DNA of 63,782 bases, filler included, from Octopus bimaculoides (lineage: Eukaryota), in the NCBI RefSeq assembly GCF_001194135.2. It is 5 parts of 5 records of this genome, joined end to end, with 100 filler letters (N's around TTAATTAATTAA, not from the genome) between each part and the next. Parts side by side here need not be neighbours in the genome. Positions count along the whole stretch, not along the records: positions 58,084 to 61,691 come from NW_026295529.1; positions 61,792 to 63,782 come from NW_026359070.1; 3 more parts are not named here. One strand, 5' to 3'. A program made the position numbers and the translations under genes. Shown here piece by piece: positions 60,382-63,782 of this stretch (position 1 is the stretch's first letter; each line of letters starts with the position of its first letter). The notes below the pieces were generated by a model. That model was not told where the DNA came from, did not search any database, and worked only from the letters and a program-made list of their open reading frames with translations.

Positions 60382-61600
60382 GTGAGTATCTCGAAGTACG
60401 CATACAATAGGAGTGGTAGCAGGAGGGATAATAGTAGGAGGAAGAATAGTAGCAGAGAGANNNNNNNNNNAGTGGTAGCAGGAGGGATAATAGTAGGAGG
60501 AAGAATAGTAGCAGAGAGAGTAGAAGGAGGAGACTTATATGTGGAATAAGTGCATGTTTTTGCATTTGAATTTCGTTCCGACCACTTTACGTGTGCGTGA
60601 GTTTGTATATCTGTGTAGTTATGTCAGGTCAGTGATCGGAGCACGTGCTTTGCATAGCGTCATCGCATCCACGATTTACACGTATAAGANNNNNNNNNNN
60701 NNNNNNNNNNNNNAATCAAACTAAGCTGATGATCGCGAATCATACAAGTAACAGATTGCATTCTAGTTTCTTAGTACAGTCTATAGTTCGATACGAAATC
60801 CTATGAATAATAGCGCATNNNNNNNNNNCTTAGTACAGTCTATAGTTCGATACGAAATCCTATGAATAATAGCGCATGTGAAGCATTCTGGTTCCAAAGA
60901 GCCCAGGTAGCTCCTAAGGGTAAGGTACAGTGACTAGATTTGTAAATGGAGAGCAAGGTACAGTAGACGAGAAACCTTTGTTCACCTACTCAAACTTTGT
61001 CACACGCCAAATACTATCATNNNNNNNNNNNNNNNNNNNNNNNNNNNNNNNNNNNNNNNNNNNNNNNNNNNNNNNNNNNNNNNNNNNNNNNNNNNNNNNN
61101 NNNNNNNNNNNNNNNNNNNNNNNNNNNNNNNNNNNNNNNNNNNNNNNNNNNNNNNNNNNNNNNNTTTTTTTATACATTACGTTCTGTCAGTGTTTATAAA
61201 ATATCATCAATGGTGCAGTGTACATCGCTTTATGAAACAGTCTGATGAACTAAGCAATAGAATATAAACAGACGGATTTTCCNNNNNNNNNNGAAACAGT
61301 CTGATGAACTAAGCAATAGAATATAAACAGACGGATTTTCCAGGCTTTTATCAACCCTATAATTTCTCTGATGCCATTAACAAAGGAAATGAAATTGCGT
61401 GGTGTTCATGCGTTTTCCAGATGGAAATGAACTGAATTAATGTAATGAAAGTTTCTCTCGCTTCAATACGAGTAACAACACTGCTATTAGAGAGATATTT
61501 ATGTTTATACCTAAATTTTAACACTCAGTACATCTGTGGCGTGTGTCTCCTTTATAATTGTAATGATTGATATTCTCTTCTATTTTGTATCTTTTTATAG

Positions 61601-61691
61601 GCTGGACGAATTCCTTTCAATTTCATCTGATTTACAATTCGACATTTAAGAATATCAAAGATGATATAAAAGCTGCTGAAAACGTATCTAG
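61601..61691 (+). CDS. Probable downstream extracellular exon of the same gene
   Basis: Strong acceptor ttctattttgtatctttttatag|; open phase-1 frame WTNSFQFHLIYNSTFKNIKDDIKAAENVS with two N-glycosylation sequons; cut off by the spacer. Confidence 0.5.
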
Positions 61692-61791
61692 NNNNNNNNN
61701 NNNNNNNNNNNNNNNNNNNNNNNNNNNNNNNNNNNTTAATTAATTAANNNNNNNNNNNNNNNNNNNNNNNNNNNNNNNNNNNNNNNNNNNN
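61692..61791. other. Artificial scaffold spacer
   Basis: 44 N + TTAATTAATTAA + 44 N. Confidence 0.95.
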
Positions 61792-62048
61792 CAATATTAT
61801 TGAACATTTATGGTGCATTTTAGAAAAACAAGTAGGGAGTCGATATCCTCGACCATCATCACAACAAGAACTGGAGATTGTTTCAACTGAAGAATGGACA
61901 TAAATTCTTTTGGAAACAATTCAAACTTTGTACGAGTCCATACCTCGTAGAATTAAAGCTGTAATTATTGCCAAAGCAAGTTCTACTCTATATTAAAATA
62001 AATTTGCTTGAAATTTTAAGGCGTTTCCATTATTTTGTCCAACACCTA
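61792..62048 (+). pseudogene. Tc1/mariner transposase C-terminus and right TIR
   Basis: NIIEHLWCILEKQV.SRYP.PSS.QELE...EEW*..LETIQTLYESIPRRIKAVIIAK...Y*, then gtttccattattttgtccaacacc followed by TA. Confidence 0.88.
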
Positions 62049-62178
62049 TATATATATATGTAACAATAGAGAAGAGTAAAAAACACTTGCCTTTAGTTAA
62101 GAGTACATAATTAGAATATTTAGCTGAAGATCAGAATAGAGTATTATGTACTCTTAACTGTGAAACAATTGTACTAAA

Positions 62179-62448
62179 TTAACTAAAGGCAAGTGTTTTT
62201 TACTCTTCTCTATTGTTTTTTGTTCTGTGTGTATCAAAAATATCGCTATCAATCTGGAGCAATAATTTGTAGTTTTGAAATCAGTAGTTCTTTGACTGCT
62301 ATTTCTGAATTCTCAGTATGTTGGAGAAGCAGGTTACTGCCAATCCCTATATATTTATGATTATAAATTATTTACCGAAGAAGGTTTTTTTCATACTGAG
62401 CTACCCGGCAGAATTGTTAATTATTAATTTTATTACTAATTGATGATT
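62179..62448 (-). mobile_element. Unclassified dispersed repeat (copy 2)
   Basis: Reverse complement of 37965-38255. Confidence 0.75.
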
Positions 62449-63334
62449 CNNNNNNNNNNNNNNNNNNNNNNNNNNNNNNNNNNNNNNNNNNNNNNNNNNN
62501 NNNNNNNNNNNNNNNNNNNNNNNNNNNNNNNNNNNNNNNNNNNNNNNNNNNNNNNNNNNNNNNNNNNNNNNNNNNNNNNNNNNNNNNNNNNNNNNNNNNN
62601 NNNNNNNNNNNNNNNNNNNNNNNNNNNNNNNNNNNNNNNNNNNNNNNNNNNNNNNNNNNNNNNNNNNNNNNNNNNNNNNNNNNNNNNNNNNNNNNNNNNN
62701 NNNNNNNNNNNNNNNNNNNNNNNNNNNNNNNNNNNNNNNNNNNNNNNNNNNNNNNNNNNNNNNNNNNNNNNNNNNNNNNNNNNNNNNNNNNNNNNNNNNN
62801 NNNNNNNNNNNNNNNNNNNNNNNNNNNNNNNNNNNNNNNNNNNNNNNNNNNNNNNNNNNNNNNNNNNNNNNNNNNNNNNNNNNNNNNNNNNNNNNNNNNN
62901 NNNNNNNNNNNNNNNNNNNNNNNNNNNNNNNNNNNNNNNNNNNNNNNNNNNNNNNNNNNNNNNNNNNNNNNNNNNNNNNNNNNNNNNNNNNNNNNNNNNN
63001 NNNNNNNNNNNNNNNNNNNNNNNNNNNNNNNNNNNNNNNNNNNNNNNNNNNNNNNNNNNNNNNNNNNNNNNNNNNNNNNNNNNNNNNNNNNNNNNNNNNN
63101 NNNNNNNNNNNNNNNNNNNNNNNNNNNNNNNNNNNNNNNNNNNNNNNNNNNNNNNNNNNNGCGCATTTGGACGGTTGTGTGTTTGGTGGTGGGGAGGGTG
63201 TGGCATGATGTGAAATATACATGGAAACGGATGTCAACTTGATGTCCATGTTATTGTTGTTGCTCTGGTGGTGATGTTGTTGGTGGGTAAAAATGTGTCC
63301 TAGAATGCTGATGTGGCTATGACTATGTGCGTCT

Positions 63335-63475
63335 ACATAAGTGCATGTATGTACGTGTGTATGGAAGTATATGTGTATGGAAGTATATGTGTATGTACGT
63401 GTGTATGGAAGTATATGTATATGTACGTGTGTATGGAAGTATATCTATATGTACGTATGTATGTACGTGTGTATG
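63335..63475. repeat. Degenerate minisatellite (gtgtgtatggaagtatat...)
   Basis: The motif gtatggaagtatat recurs four times. Confidence 0.75.
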
Positions 63476-63747
63476 ATGTGTATCAGGTAGGTGATTCCGT
63501 TGGTGTGTTCAACATAGAAAAGTGTTGTCAAGCGTAACGTGTGTGTGTGTGAGTAAAACTCTAAAATATATATGCATTCGGTATGTATATTTGTATAAAT
63601 GTTAAAACAAGGATCTCTTACTTTAAAACAGAAAATAACGAAAGTCGATTTAGGAAAAATGTTACTCTACATTGAGAGAAGAGGGCAATATACAGCGAAG
63701 TTGAATGGGTATATATATATATATATATACATACACACACACACACA

Positions 63748-63782
<35 letters not shown>

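Overview
AT-rich, microsatellite- and SINE-dense animal genomic DNA with many N gaps; the repeat families look like those of an octopod cephalopod (recalled, not searched). Four artificial 100-bp spacers (44 N + TTAATTAATTAA + 44 N) split the window into five joined pieces. Two host genes are supported. (1) A very large minus-strand exon (splice acceptor at 9324, stop at 4829) encodes about 1,400 sequenced aa dominated by a His/Tyr/Gln/Glu-rich 27-aa tandem repeat (HQSETDYQEGHIKIYPQAHATKIYYQE); I do not recognise the protein. (2) Plus-strand exons at 59240-59319 and 60219-60381 splice into a hormone-receptor (HRM/HormR) domain of an adhesion-type GPCR; the ORF track misses it because an assembly overlap duplicates 34 bp inside the second exon. 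The rest is mostly transposon debris: a Gypsy LTR element with both LTRs and a 4-bp TSD, a nest of Dong/R4-clade LINE 3' ends in (TAA)n tracts, RTE and Tx1/L1 fragments, three tRNA-derived SINE families, piggyBac-like and fold-back MITEs, and a Tc1 fragment. Most other ORFs in the track are microsatellite or N-gap artefacts. No rRNA, true tRNA or CRISPR array was found. TE boundaries are read by eye and approximate to about 10-20 bp unless TSD/TIR positions are given.
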